DNA of 64,000 nt, taken from assembly GCA_965219385.1 (NCBI GenBank), contig CBDCNM010000002.1, forward strand, positions 96,639-160,638. Direction: 5' to 3'. Position numbers and translations under genes: made by a program. A model generated the notes under the pieces. That model saw only the letters and a program-made list of their open reading frames with translations, was not told the origin of the DNA and did no database searches. Positions 42,269 through 51,607 of this stretch are shown one piece after another. The stretch's first letter is position 1, and every line of letters begins with the position of its first letter. Origin of the DNA: Candidatus Latescibacterota bacterium (GTDB lineage: Bacteria; Latescibacterota; UBA2968; UBA8231).

Positions 42269-43156
42269 ATGAAGCTCCTGGTTTCGGGCTCCACCGGTCT
42301 CATAGGCACGGCCCTGGTCCAGCGGCTCGCAAGCGCAGGGCATGACATCGTGCGGCTGGTGCGCGGGCGGGCGGAGGACACAACAGGTGCCATCTCCTGG
42401 GCAAGCATGACGGCAGCGGATCTGGAGGATCTGAACTGGGTGGTGCATCTGGCCGGCGAGAATATCGCGGGGCGCCGGTGGAGCGCGGCCCAGAAGGCCC
42501 GGATTCGCGCCAGCCGGGTCGAGGGGACGCGGAGGTTGTGCCGGACTCTGGCCCAGGTTGCCCGTCCTCCCCAGGTCCTGGTCTGTGCTTCGGCAGTGGG
42601 GTATTACGGGGATCGTGGCGACGAGGTGCTGCGCGAGGACAGCGCCCCGGGCACTGGTTTTTTGCCCGAGGTCTGCCGGGAATGGGAGGCGGCCGCGGAG
42701 CCGGCCCTGGAAAAGGGCATCCGGGTGGTGCATTTGCGTTTTGGCCTGGTCCTCAGTCCGGCCGGTGGGGCGCTGGGCAAAATGCTCCTGCCCTTCAAGC
42801 TGGGGGTGGGTGGCAGGATAGGTAACGGGCGGCAGTACATGAGCTGGATTTCGCTGGATGATGTGGTGGGGGCCACAGGCCATGCCCTGACCACGGAGGT
42901 CCTGCGGGGACCGGTCAATGTGGTGGCCCCCAATCCGGTCACCAATGCGGAGTTTACCCGGGTTCTGGGGCGGTTGCTGAGACGTCCGACGCTTTTCCCC
43001 GTGCCGGCCTTTGGCGCTCGTCTGGCCCTGGGCGAGATGGCCGAGGCTTTGTTGCTCTCCAGTACGCGGGTGGAACCGGGGCGGTTGCTGGAGACCGGCT
43101 ACCAATTCCTCCACGTCGATCTGGAAGCGGCGTTGCGGTATTTGCTGGGAAGATAG
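42269..43156 (+). CDS. TIGR01777-family NAD-dependent epimerase
   Basis: SGSTGLIG, HLAGENI, SAVGYYG, GRQYMSWI. Confidence 0.92.
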   Translation: MKLLVSGSTGLIGTALVQRLASAGHDIVRLVRGRAEDTTGAISWASMTAADLEDLNWVVHLAGENIAGRRWSAAQKARIRASRVEGTRRLCRTLAQVARPPQVLVCASAVGYYGDRGDEVLREDSAPGTGFLPEVCREWEAAAEPALEKGIRVVHLRFGLVLSPAGGALGKMLLPFKLGVGGRIGNGRQYMSWISLDDVVGATGHALTTEVLRGPVNVVAPNPVTNAEFTRVLGRLLRRPTLFPVPAFGARLALGEMAEALLLSSTRVEPGRLLETGYQFLHVDLEAALRYLLGR

Positions 43157-43304
43157 GGGCCAGATCTTGAGGTTCGTGTATTTGTCGAGGGTGTAACCCG
43201 CGCGAAACACACTGTACCGATTCCTACACACTCCCTGATCCAGTCCCGGAGAAAAACCACCCTGGTATGGTTGTTGCATTGGTTCTTTCCAGGAGAAAGA
43301 ACCA

Positions 43305-44936
43305 ATGTGGAAACACAGCTGTGCAGTCATCCTTGTGCTAGCCGCCTATGCCCGGGCCTCGGTCTTTCCGGCCGCTCTGCTCGGAGCCGGCGACCAGGAA
43401 GCCCTGCAGGACGCGGCGGCCGAAGTGGACGAGCCCGGGCAACTCGGCCTGCGCATCCGCCTGCAAGGCCCCTTCGAGGGCTTGAACGAGACCCGGGTCT
43501 ACCAGCGCCTGGAGTGGCGCCTCGGAAGGGGCCGGAAGGCCTTTCTGCTCACCGAAAAAGACCCCGGTGAAAAACGGTGGGCGGATTTTGCCGCGTTTTA
43601 CCTGCAGTGGCAGGGGCGCGCCAGCCCCTTGCAAGTCTTTGCCGGGGATGTGCGCCCTGGATTTGCCCAAGGCCTGGTCTTCGGTCGCTCGAGCAGGAGA
43701 CGCAGCCCCCTCTCGGCCACTTTGAGAGACGACAGCAAATACATCGGTTATCGCTCCAGTGCGGAGAACCAGGCCCTGCGCGGACTGGCCCTGCGCTATG
43801 GCGGTAGGGGGTTCGAAGCAGTGGCCGTTGGAGGGCGCGCCCGGCGCGACGCGCGTCTGGACGAGGATGGCACCGCAGTATCCCTGCCCGAGGACGGGAT
43901 CCATGTATCGGCGGGCGAGGAGGCCGGCCGCAAGCGCTTGCAGGCCTGGACCGCCGGCCTGCGGCTGCGCTGGGTGAAAAGGCGCTGGCAGGTCGGCGCG
44001 AGCCTGCAGGGGATGCGTTTCAACCGCCGGGTGGATCTGCGGCGGCCGGAGAAGACCCCATGGGCCTTTCGGGGGCGGGATCAGTACCTGGGGGGGCTGG
44101 ATTTCAAGGTAGTCCTGGAGACCGTGCGGAGTGCCCTCGAAGCCGGTCGGGACCACCGGGGGCACTGGGGGATTTTGAGCTTCACCCGGATAAGGCTGGG
44201 CAAGCTCCGGCTGAAAGGACTGGTGCGCTATTACGCACCTGGTTTTCACAGTTTCTACGGCGGCTCGGCAAGTGCCGCGGGCATGCAGAACGAACGCGGT
44301 TATCTGCTGGCGCTGGAAGGTCGCTGGAGGCGGCAAAAGTGGCGGTTCCTGGTGGACCAGTTCGCCCCGGTTCAGCCTGCCTATGCCAGCCCGGTACTCG
44401 GGGTGACGGAGGTGTGGAGCCTCGGCACCGAGCACCCGCTGGCGCCGCGCTGGCATGCACAGCTCCTCTACCAGGACCGCAAGGGCCCGCGCTGGCGGGA
44501 TGGAGCGTCTCACTCCGAGCGCAGTCGGCGAGGCCGGGTGGGGATAACCTACCGGGCCGGGCCCAGGGCCCGGGTTGGTTTCCGTCTCGAAGGGCGCTGT
44601 TTGAGGGACACCGGGAGGGGAAGCGAGATTGGAGGGATGACCTCTTTGCTCTGGCAGGGGAAGTGGGGTGTCGCCCGCTACACCTTCCACCTCAGTCGCT
44701 TTTCGACGGCTTCCTACAGAACCCGGATCTACGAATTCGAGTACGATCTTCCCGGGACCGTGAGCATCCGGCCGCTCTACGGCGATGGCTGGCGGTTTTA
44801 TCTGCTGGCCGGGTTCCGCTGGCGCCCTGTAGAGGTGGGCGGACGCTATCGTTACCAGCGCCGCCTGGGAGGCGAAAAGCCCCTGCACTATTTCGGTTTA
44901 CAGGTGGATTGTCGAATCGGCGGAGCGCGCGCTTAG
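43305..44936 (+). CDS. Putative outer-membrane beta-barrel protein
   Basis: Signal peptide, alternating beta-strands, and EKDPGE, FAQGL, NERG, RIYEFEYDL motifs recalled from FCB-group ComEA/HhH-associated barrels. Confidence 0.65.
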   Translation: MWKHSCAVILVLAAYARASVFPAALLGAGDQEALQDAAAEVDEPGQLGLRIRLQGPFEGLNETRVYQRLEWRLGRGRKAFLLTEKDPGEKRWADFAAFYLQWQGRASPLQVFAGDVRPGFAQGLVFGRSSRRRSPLSATLRDDSKYIGYRSSAENQALRGLALRYGGRGFEAVAVGGRARRDARLDEDGTAVSLPEDGIHVSAGEEAGRKRLQAWTAGLRLRWVKRRWQVGASLQGMRFNRRVDLRRPEKTPWAFRGRDQYLGGLDFKVVLETVRSALEAGRDHRGHWGILSFTRIRLGKLRLKGLVRYYAPGFHSFYGGSASAAGMQNERGYLLALEGRWRRQKWRFLVDQFAPVQPAYASPVLGVTEVWSLGTEHPLAPRWHAQLLYQDRKGPRWRDGASHSERSRRGRVGITYRAGPRARVGFRLEGRCLRDTGRGSEIGGMTSLLWQGKWGVARYTFHLSRFSTASYRTRIYEFEYDLPGTVSIRPLYGDGWRFYLLAGFRWRPVEVGGRYRYQRRLGGEKPLHYFGLQVDCRIGGARA

Positions 44937-44996
44937 AAGGAGTTGACAAGCCAGGTCTGGTTGGATGACTTGGGCGGATTTTTTATCCTTGAATAC

Positions 44997-47744
44997 ATGA
45001 AATACTACTGCAAATGGTCGCTGGTGGTCGGATTGCTGCTGAGTGGGGTGCAGGATGGATGGGGACTGATCTGTGCCACCGGGCCCGCTGCCGGGCGAGT
45101 GCAGCAAGATGGGGCCCGGCAGGGCCAGGTACAGGCTCTGGTGATCTATGCCCGCTTTCGCAACGAGGGTGACGGACGGAGTGAAGCACTGGCGTTTACT
45201 CGCCGTTTCTTCGATCCCGAAGAGCCCGGCAGCCTCACCCATTTCTACCAGGAGATGTCCCGCGGCCAATTCAGCCTGACGGGCACGGTCCTGCCCCGCT
45301 GGTACACCTCGGATCAGCCGGCCTCGGCCTATGTCGCCACCGAAAGGGGAGAGGGGGGCAGATTCGGCACCTTTTCCAGAGAAATACTGCAAGCCGTCGA
45401 CGCCGAGGTAGATCTGGGTTTGTACGACAACGATGGTCCCGACGGCGCGCCCAATTCCGGGGATGACGATGGGGAGGTGGATTTCATCTTCCTCAATACC
45501 CTGACGGCTCCCGAAGGGTTTATCATCGGCAAGGCCACCGGCGTTGCGCGCCTGGGATTGGACCTGGCCTACACCTCGAATGACAGGGCGATCAACGGGG
45601 GGGTTATCCAGGTCCGTTCAGACGATGATTCAGGTGGGACCGGGGGGGTCCTGCAACGGGGTCATACCTTTGAGCTGGCCGTGGGCCACATGGCGCACGA
45701 GTACGGGCATGTGCTGGGGCTGCCCGATTTGTTCGATGCGTCATTCGCCCAATCCCACTACGGCGAATTGGAACCTGCGGAGGATTCTGCCGGAATCGGC
45801 TACTGGGGGCTGATGGGATGGGGGACCCTGGGCTGGAACGAGGTGGATGGTCCCAATCCCTTTTGCTCCTGGAGCCTGGAGCAACTGGGCTGGATCGGGG
45901 TTGAAAACGATCTGCTGGTCGTGGTCGAAGAAAACCTCGAGGACGTGGTTTTCGAGGACGTGAATGCCGGGGGCAAGGTCTACAAGCTGCCGGTCCAGGG
46001 CCAGAACAGGTACTTCCTGGTGGAACACCGCCGCTCCGGCACCAGCTACTACGAGCGCAACCTGCCGGCCTCGGGGCTGCTGATCTGGCAGATCGATAAA
46101 ACACCGGGAGCCTTTAACAGTTCCGAAACCAGGAAATTGGTGGATCTGGTATGCGCGGATGGTTTGTTCAGGGATGCGGGGTACCCAGAGGGCCGGGTGG
46201 CCGATCCAGACTTTGGCCGGGACAATCTGGACTTTTGGGCCCACGACGAAAACTACCGCACGACCCACAGCGGCAATCAGGGCGATGCCACGGACGTATT
46301 CGACGGGGTGGTCGCGACCGATTTTTGGGCGGCCTCCAATCCCGCGGCGCCGTCGGGGATCCGGGTCGGCGATATCCGCCGTCGGGGAGACGACATGGTG
46401 GCGGACCTGTACCTGGAGGATCTCCACCGAGCGGGCCTCATCCAACCGGACGAGGTCTGGGAAGATAGCATCTGGATCGTGGGCGATGTGGTGGTGCGGG
46501 CCGATACCCGACTCATCATCAAGCCCGGCACCCGGGTGATGGTGGGGGAAGATCTCCGCCGCCTCGGCCGCGATCCAGAGCGCTGCGAAGTGGTGATCCA
46601 GGGCGATCTCATCACCGCGTCTTCCGGCCGGGACTCGGTGCTTTTTACCTCCGCGGCCGCGGAGCCCCGGCCGGGCGCCTGGTACGGGATCGTGGCGGGC
46701 GCCACTGGCCGCCTAACCATCCGCAACACCATCGTAGAGTATGCCCGCAACGGTCTGTCGGGAAGCAATATGCTGAATCCCCAGATACTGAACGGGGTGA
46801 CGATCCGCCAGGCCAGTCGCCACGGGATCCACTTTGACAGGCTCCAGGGTCAAGTCACCTTGACGCGCCTGGAGGCGAGCGCCGCTGGTTCGACCGGAGT
46901 GAAGGTGATTGGCCAAGGCACCCTCGAGGTCCAGGAGGGGCGTTTTGCCGGCAATGGTCACAGCGGTCTGGAGCGGGTCGGGGGCCGGTTGGAGTGTGCC
47001 CTGAGCGAATTTGTCGACAATGGACTCGAGCAGGACGAGGGAGCCAATTTAAAACTGGGCGTCGGGGTGTCGGGCAGGGTGTCTCAGAACCGCTTCGAGG
47101 GGGGCGTGGGCATCCGCTGCAGGGACAGCAGAGACGTGCTCATCGAGGAAAACCGCCTGGTTGATCACCGCATCGGCCTGATTTCGGCGTCCTCGCGCCC
47201 CTGGATCCAGGGCAATGAATTTATCGGCAACGAACTGGCATTGCAGATCTCCGGCTTCGTGGTGCCGACTTTTCTGGCCCTGAACATCATTGAAGGCACC
47301 GATCGGCTGCTGGACAACCAGGCGTCGATCGAGGTGGTGGCGCGCAACAACTGGTGGGGACAGGTCGACGAGAACTGGATCGAAGAGCGCATAAGCGGAG
47401 AGGTGATCTGGCGGCCCTTCCTCAATTTCGATCCGCGCGTGCCCGTGGGGTTTACCTTGAGCCAGAATTTTCCCAATCCCTTCAACGGCACTACCGTGAT
47501 CGACTACACCGTGGGCATTGAAGTGCCTATAGTCGCCGGTGAAGTCGATATGGTACTGGAGGTGCGCAGCATCATCGGAGGATTGGTGCGGCGTCTGGTG
47601 CGACAACCAGCCGCTCCGGGTTTCTACTCCGTGGTCTGGGATGGCCGCAACGACGCGGGCGAGCCGGTGGCCAGCGGGGTGTATTACTACCAGCTCAAGG
47701 TGGGGCCGATTACACTTTACAAACGGCTGCTCTTGCTCAAATAG
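44997..47744 (+). CDS. Secreted M6-family (immune inhibitor A-like) metalloprotease with beta-helix and FlgD-Ig/T9SS-type C-terminus
   Basis: HEYGHVLGLPDLFD zinc motif, YDNDGPDG...DDDGEVD, SQNFPNPFN...WDGRNDAGEPVASGVYYY. Confidence 0.9.
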   Translation: MKYYCKWSLVVGLLLSGVQDGWGLICATGPAAGRVQQDGARQGQVQALVIYARFRNEGDGRSEALAFTRRFFDPEEPGSLTHFYQEMSRGQFSLTGTVLPRWYTSDQPASAYVATERGEGGRFGTFSREILQAVDAEVDLGLYDNDGPDGAPNSGDDDGEVDFIFLNTLTAPEGFIIGKATGVARLGLDLAYTSNDRAINGGVIQVRSDDDSGGTGGVLQRGHTFELAVGHMAHEYGHVLGLPDLFDASFAQSHYGELEPAEDSAGIGYWGLMGWGTLGWNEVDGPNPFCSWSLEQLGWIGVENDLLVVVEENLEDVVFEDVNAGGKVYKLPVQGQNRYFLVEHRRSGTSYYERNLPASGLLIWQIDKTPGAFNSSETRKLVDLVCADGLFRDAGYPEGRVADPDFGRDNLDFWAHDENYRTTHSGNQGDATDVFDGVVATDFWAASNPAAPSGIRVGDIRRRGDDMVADLYLEDLHRAGLIQPDEVWEDSIWIVGDVVVRADTRLIIKPGTRVMVGEDLRRLGRDPERCEVVIQGDLITASSGRDSVLFTSAAAEPRPGAWYGIVAGATGRLTIRNTIVEYARNGLSGSNMLNPQILNGVTIRQASRHGIHFDRLQGQVTLTRLEASAAGSTGVKVIGQGTLEVQEGRFAGNGHSGLERVGGRLECALSEFVDNGLEQDEGANLKLGVGVSGRVSQNRFEGGVGIRCRDSRDVLIEENRLVDHRIGLISASSRPWIQGNEFIGNELALQISGFVVPTFLALNIIEGTDRLLDNQASIEVVARNNWWGQVDENWIEERISGEVIWRPFLNFDPRVPVGFTLSQNFPNPFNGTTVIDYTVGIEVPIVAGEVDMVLEVRSIIGGLVRRLVRQPAAPGFYSVVWDGRNDAGEPVASGVYYYQLKVGPITLYKRLLLLK

Positions 47745-47843
47745 GCCAGGGTAGCGGCGAACCTGCCTTGTTTGCGCCGGCGGGTTCTTTATATTTCCTT
47801 CTTTAATACTCTTTACTTCCCCTTGCTACAAAAGGCATACTCC

Positions 47844-49643
47844 TTGACCAGGGGCATTGTCGTTCTGGATTTTGGTGGGCAGTACGCCCATCTGATTGCC
47901 AACCGCATCCGCCGTCTGCAGGTTTACGCCGAGACTCGTTCGCCCGAGGTCGCCCCCGAGGAAATCGAAGGGGCCGACGGCCTCATCCTGTCGGGGGGGC
48001 CCGCGAGCGTGTACGCGGCTGATCAACCCTCCTACAACCCCCGGCTTTTTCACCTGGGCCTGCCCATGCTCGGGCTGTGTTACGGGCACCAGTTGCTCTG
48101 CCAGCAATTCAGCGGCGAGGTGGCGCCGGGGGACACCATGGAATACGGGGCCGCGCGGCTAAGGGTCAAAAACCCCCGGGGGGTTCTGGCCGGCCTGGCG
48201 GAGAGCGAATCCATCTGGATGAGTCACAAAGACAGCGTGGTGGCCCTGCCCGAAGGCTTCGAGATCCTGGGTGAGACCGAGGATTGTCCGGTAGCGGCCA
48301 TGGGCAACGAAGAGGCCAGGATCTACGGTTTGCAGTTTCACCCCGAAGTCACCCACACGGCTTCGGGCATGAAGGTGCTCGAAAACTTCGTCGATATCTG
48401 CGGCTGCGCCCGGGACTGGACCATGGAGCACTTCATCGACCAGTCCCGGGCGCAGATAGAGGCGCAAACGGCCGGGCGCAAGGTCTTCCTCCTGGTCAGC
48501 GGTGGAGTGGATTCCACGGTTTCATTCCTGCTGCTGAACCGGGCGCTGAGCGAAGAGCGGGTGCTGGGCCTGCACATCGACAACGGGCTCATGCGCCAGA
48601 ACGAAACCGCTCTGGTCGGCCGGTTGATGCAGGAGTCTGGTTTCGCCAACCTGGAAGTGGTGGATGGCGGCGCGGATTTTCTCCGGATCCTGGAGGGGGT
48701 GGCCGACCCCGAGGAAAAGCGGCGGCGCATCGGCGAGGAGTTCCTGCGGGTGCGGGATCGCGCCCTCGAAGCCCTGCAACTCGATCCGGAGGAGTGGCTG
48801 CTGGGGCAGGGTACCCTCTACACCGACACCATCGAATCGGGAGGGACCCACAACGCCGAGGTGATCAAGACCCACCACAACCGCGTGGGCATGATCGAGA
48901 GGTTGCTGACCGCAGGCAAGCTCATCGAGCCCCTGGCGCAGCTCTACAAGGACGAGGTGCGCGAACTGGGCGAAAAGCTGGGGCTGCCGCATCACCTGGT
49001 GTGGCGCCACCCTTTCCCCGGACCGGGATTGGGGGTGCGGGTGCTGTGCTCCGATGGCAAAGAGGACCTGGGAGAGGACGGGCCGGCGGTCTCTGCCGTG
49101 GCCAGGATAGGGCGCAAGTTCGGTCTCCAGGCCCAGATCCTGCCCCTGCGCAGCGTGGGGGTGCAGGGCGATGGGCGGACCTACGCCCATCCGGTTGCGG
49201 TGGCGGGAGAGGCCGATTGGACCACCCTCGAAGCGTTGTCTACCGAATTGACCAATACCCTATCCCAGATCAACCGGGTGGTCTACCTGCTGGGCCCCGA
49301 GGAGCGGCTCCGGCAATCCTTGAAAGAGGGGTATCTGACCCGGGATCGCCTGGACTTGCTGCGCCGGGCCGATGCCCTGGTCATGGAGGCCCTGGAGCGG
49401 CACGACCTGATGCAGGAGGTCACGCAGATGCCCACCGTGCTGGTGCCGCTCTCCTCGGACGGACTCCAGGAGAGTATCGTGTTGCGTCCGATTTCCACGG
49501 ACGACTTCATGACCGCCCGCTTCAGCCTGTTGCCCCGGGGCTTTGTGGACGAGGTCGCAGCCGGCTTGCTGGCGCTGGAGGGGATCGAGGCGGTGTTTTA
49601 CGACATTACCCACAAGCCGCCGGGCACGGTGGAGTGGGAGTGA
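47844..49643 (+). CDS. guaA: GMP synthase (glutamine-hydrolysing)
   Basis: LDFGGQY, GLCYGHQ, QFHPEV, SGGVDS, IKTHHN, RHPFPGPGL, KPPGTVEWE. TTG start assumed. Confidence 0.95.
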   Translation: MTRGIVVLDFGGQYAHLIANRIRRLQVYAETRSPEVAPEEIEGADGLILSGGPASVYAADQPSYNPRLFHLGLPMLGLCYGHQLLCQQFSGEVAPGDTMEYGAARLRVKNPRGVLAGLAESESIWMSHKDSVVALPEGFEILGETEDCPVAAMGNEEARIYGLQFHPEVTHTASGMKVLENFVDICGCARDWTMEHFIDQSRAQIEAQTAGRKVFLLVSGGVDSTVSFLLLNRALSEERVLGLHIDNGLMRQNETALVGRLMQESGFANLEVVDGGADFLRILEGVADPEEKRRRIGEEFLRVRDRALEALQLDPEEWLLGQGTLYTDTIESGGTHNAEVIKTHHNRVGMIERLLTAGKLIEPLAQLYKDEVRELGEKLGLPHHLVWRHPFPGPGLGVRVLCSDGKEDLGEDGPAVSAVARIGRKFGLQAQILPLRSVGVQGDGRTYAHPVAVAGEADWTTLEALSTELTNTLSQINRVVYLLGPEERLRQSLKEGYLTRDRLDLLRRADALVMEALERHDLMQEVTQMPTVLVPLSSDGLQESIVLRPISTDDFMTARFSLLPRGFVDEVAAGLLALEGIEAVFYDITHKPPGTVEWE

Positions 49644-49683
49644 AGGGGCCCGCCGTGCCGGGATCCTGCAACCCGTCTCCAAG

Positions 49684-50934
49684 CTACTTGACCAGAAAGT
49701 ACTTGTTCTTGCCGCGGCGGACCACGATGTACTTGCGGTGCAGGCCATCCTCCTTGCGCATGAGCCGGCCCATTTCGGTGCAGCGCTCGCCGTTTATGTA
49801 GATGGCCCCGGTCTTGATATCCTCCCGGGCCTGGCGCTTGGAAGAGGAGATGCGGGCCTGGGCCAGCAGGTCGACCAATCCCAGTTCCGGCTCCTCCATG
49901 GTGTGGGACGGCACGTCGTTGAACCCCTGCTTTATTTCGTCTTCCTCCAGATCCTCGAGCTCTCCGTAAAACAGCGCACGCGATATTTTCTCTGCCTTGC
50001 GCGTGGCTTCGGAGCCGTGGACCAGGGTGGTTAATTCCCGGGCCAGCCGGGTTTGCGCCTGCCGCTTTTCCGGGTGCTGCCGGGTTTCCTCCTCGAAGGC
50101 GTTGATTGCGTCCCTGGTCAGGAAGGTAAAATACTTCAAGTAAGAAATGACGCTCTGGTCGTCGGCGTTGATCCAGAACTGGTAGAACTGGTAGGGCGTG
50201 GTCCGTTGCGGATCGAGCCACACGGTCCCGGATTCGGTCTTGCCGAACTTGGTGCCGTCCGCCTGGGTGACCAGAGGACAGGTCAACCCGTAGACCTTAT
50301 GGGCCAGGATGCGCCGGATCAAATCGGAACCGGCGGTGATATTGCCCCATTGATCGCTGCCGCCGGTCTGCAACTCGCAGTCGTGGGTCTGGTGCAGTTT
50401 CAGGAAATCGTAGGCCTGCAGGACCATGTAGCTGAACTCGGTGTAGGAGATGCCGGTGTCGAGACGAGAGGCCACCGAGTCCTTGGCCAGCATATAGGGG
50501 ACGGGAAAATGCTTGCCGATATCGCGCAGTAGATCGATGGCCTTGATAGCTCCGAGCCAGTCGTAATTGTTGACGATTTGCGCCGGGTTGCCCGCTGCGC
50601 TGAAGTCGAGAAAGGGTTCCAGCTGCAGCTTGATCTTCGCGCTCCACTCCTCCACGGTCTCTCTGGCATTCAGGGCGCGTTCCTCGGCCTTGCCACCCGG
50701 ATCGCCGATCAACCCGGTGCCGCCGCCCACCAGGGCAATGGGGTGGTGGCCGGCCAGCTGAAAGCGCCGCAGCAACAAGACCGGCAAAAGGCTGCCCACG
50801 TGCAGGCTGTCGGCGGTCGGGTCAAAGCCGTTGTAGAGTGCGATGGGGCCGCTCTGCAGCCGTTGCGCCAATCCGTCCTGGTCGGTGATTTGATAGATCA
50901 GACCTCTGAATTTCAGATCTTCGAGCAGGTTCAT
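49684..50934 (-). CDS. tyrS: Tyrosyl-tRNA synthetase
   Basis: GFDPTADSLHVGS, GGSDQWGNI, KFGKT, C-terminal S4 domain. Confidence 0.97.
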   Translation of the reverse strand: MNLLEDLKFRGLIYQITDQDGLAQRLQSGPIALYNGFDPTADSLHVGSLLPVLLLRRFQLAGHHPIALVGGGTGLIGDPGGKAEERALNARETVEEWSAKIKLQLEPFLDFSAAGNPAQIVNNYDWLGAIKAIDLLRDIGKHFPVPYMLAKDSVASRLDTGISYTEFSYMVLQAYDFLKLHQTHDCELQTGGSDQWGNITAGSDLIRRILAHKVYGLTCPLVTQADGTKFGKTESGTVWLDPQRTTPYQFYQFWINADDQSVISYLKYFTFLTRDAINAFEEETRQHPEKRQAQTRLARELTTLVHGSEATRKAEKISRALFYGELEDLEEDEIKQGFNDVPSHTMEEPELGLVDLLAQARISSSKRQAREDIKTGAIYINGERCTEMGRLMRKEDGLHRKYIVVRRGKNKYFLVK

Positions 50935-50953
50935 AGGTCATCTCCTCGATGGC

Positions 50954-50984
50954 AAAAAAAAGCCCCTGATAAAAAATCAGGGGC
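50954..50984 (-). terminator. Intrinsic terminator (attenuator) in the tyrS leader
   Basis: GCCCCUGAU-U5-AUCAGGGGC 9-bp stem followed by U8, just upstream of the tyrS RBS GAGGAGA. Confidence 0.88.
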
Positions 50985-51015
50985 CGGATGCACGTACTGG
51001 TAGAATGATGGCGTC

Positions 51016-51066
51016 CTAACCCCCTGAGGCATAATAGTAGTATCGATATGCAATGGTACGAGTCAT
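51016..51066 (-). CDS. Tyr-rich leader peptide of tyrS (MTRTIAYRYYYYASGG)
   Basis: 16 codons with 5 Tyr, 4 of them consecutive. RBS AAAGGA. Lies between the promoter and the terminator. Confidence 0.85.
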   Translation of the reverse strand: MTRTIAYRYYYYASGG

Positions 51067-51100
51067 CTTATTTTTATCCTTTAAGTCGAACAGTGAAGTG

Positions 51101-51129
51101 AATATAATGCCGGGTATTGGACCTGTCAA
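51101..51129 (-). promoter_or_regulatory. Sigma70 promoter of the tyrS leader
   Basis: TTGACA-N17-TATATT on the minus strand. Confidence 0.8.
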
Positions 51130-51168
51130 ACAAGGGCCCGGGCGCCGCTCAGGTTTGTACGCACCGGT

Positions 51169-51302
51169 TCACCAGCTCCTTGATCTCGCCACGATGGGCT
51201 CGTTGATCATGCGGGTGATTCGCCGCACGACTGCGGGCAGGGTGGGGCGGCGTTCCATCCGTTTTTGCAGTTCTTCGCAGGGGCTATTTTCGGTGTCGAC
51301 AT
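51169..51302 (-). pseudogene. Possible HDOD-domain gene stub
   Basis: EELQKRMERRPTLPAVVRRITRMINEP resembles the HDOD N-terminal LPTLP motif and is followed out of frame by EIKELV. Confidence 0.45.
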
Positions 51303-51366
51303 GGATCTTGCAAATACAAGGTCTTCCGTCAGGGGAAAGCCGAACGCGGGGTTCGAGGCGAGTATT

Positions 51367-51395
51367 TTGCGCTGTCGGGGATTATTGCCTATTAT
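51367..51395 (+). promoter_or_regulatory. Putative sigma70 promoter of tRNA-Val
   Basis: TTGCGC-N17-TATTAT about 40 nt upstream of the tRNA. Confidence 0.55.
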
Positions 51396-51433
51396 TTTTT
51401 ACCTGCCGGATGGTTCAAGGCGTTTTCGCTTTG

Positions 51434-51510
51434 GGGCGATTAGCTCAGTTGGTCAGAGCACCTGCCTTACAAGCAGGGGGTCGCTGGTTCGAGCCCGGCA
51501 TCGCCCACCA
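51434..51510 (+). tRNA. tRNA-Val (anticodon TAC)
   Basis: Acceptor stem GGGCGAT/ATCGCCC, anticodon arm CCTGC-CTTACAA-GCAGG, GTTCGA T-loop, encoded CCA. Confidence 0.97.
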
Positions 51511-51607
51511 AATTTTCAGCCGCTGACTCTGGCGGTTTGCAAGTTAGCGCGAGCCTCCGGGGATGGCCCTCTCGGGGGCTTAAAGAAGGGCTGAGAACAG
51601 GGAATAC

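Noticed and set aside
50935..51100. T-box riboswitch upstream of tyrS
   Set aside because: I found no T-box motif (GGTGGNACC), and the ~160-nt leader is taken up by the uORF and attenuator.
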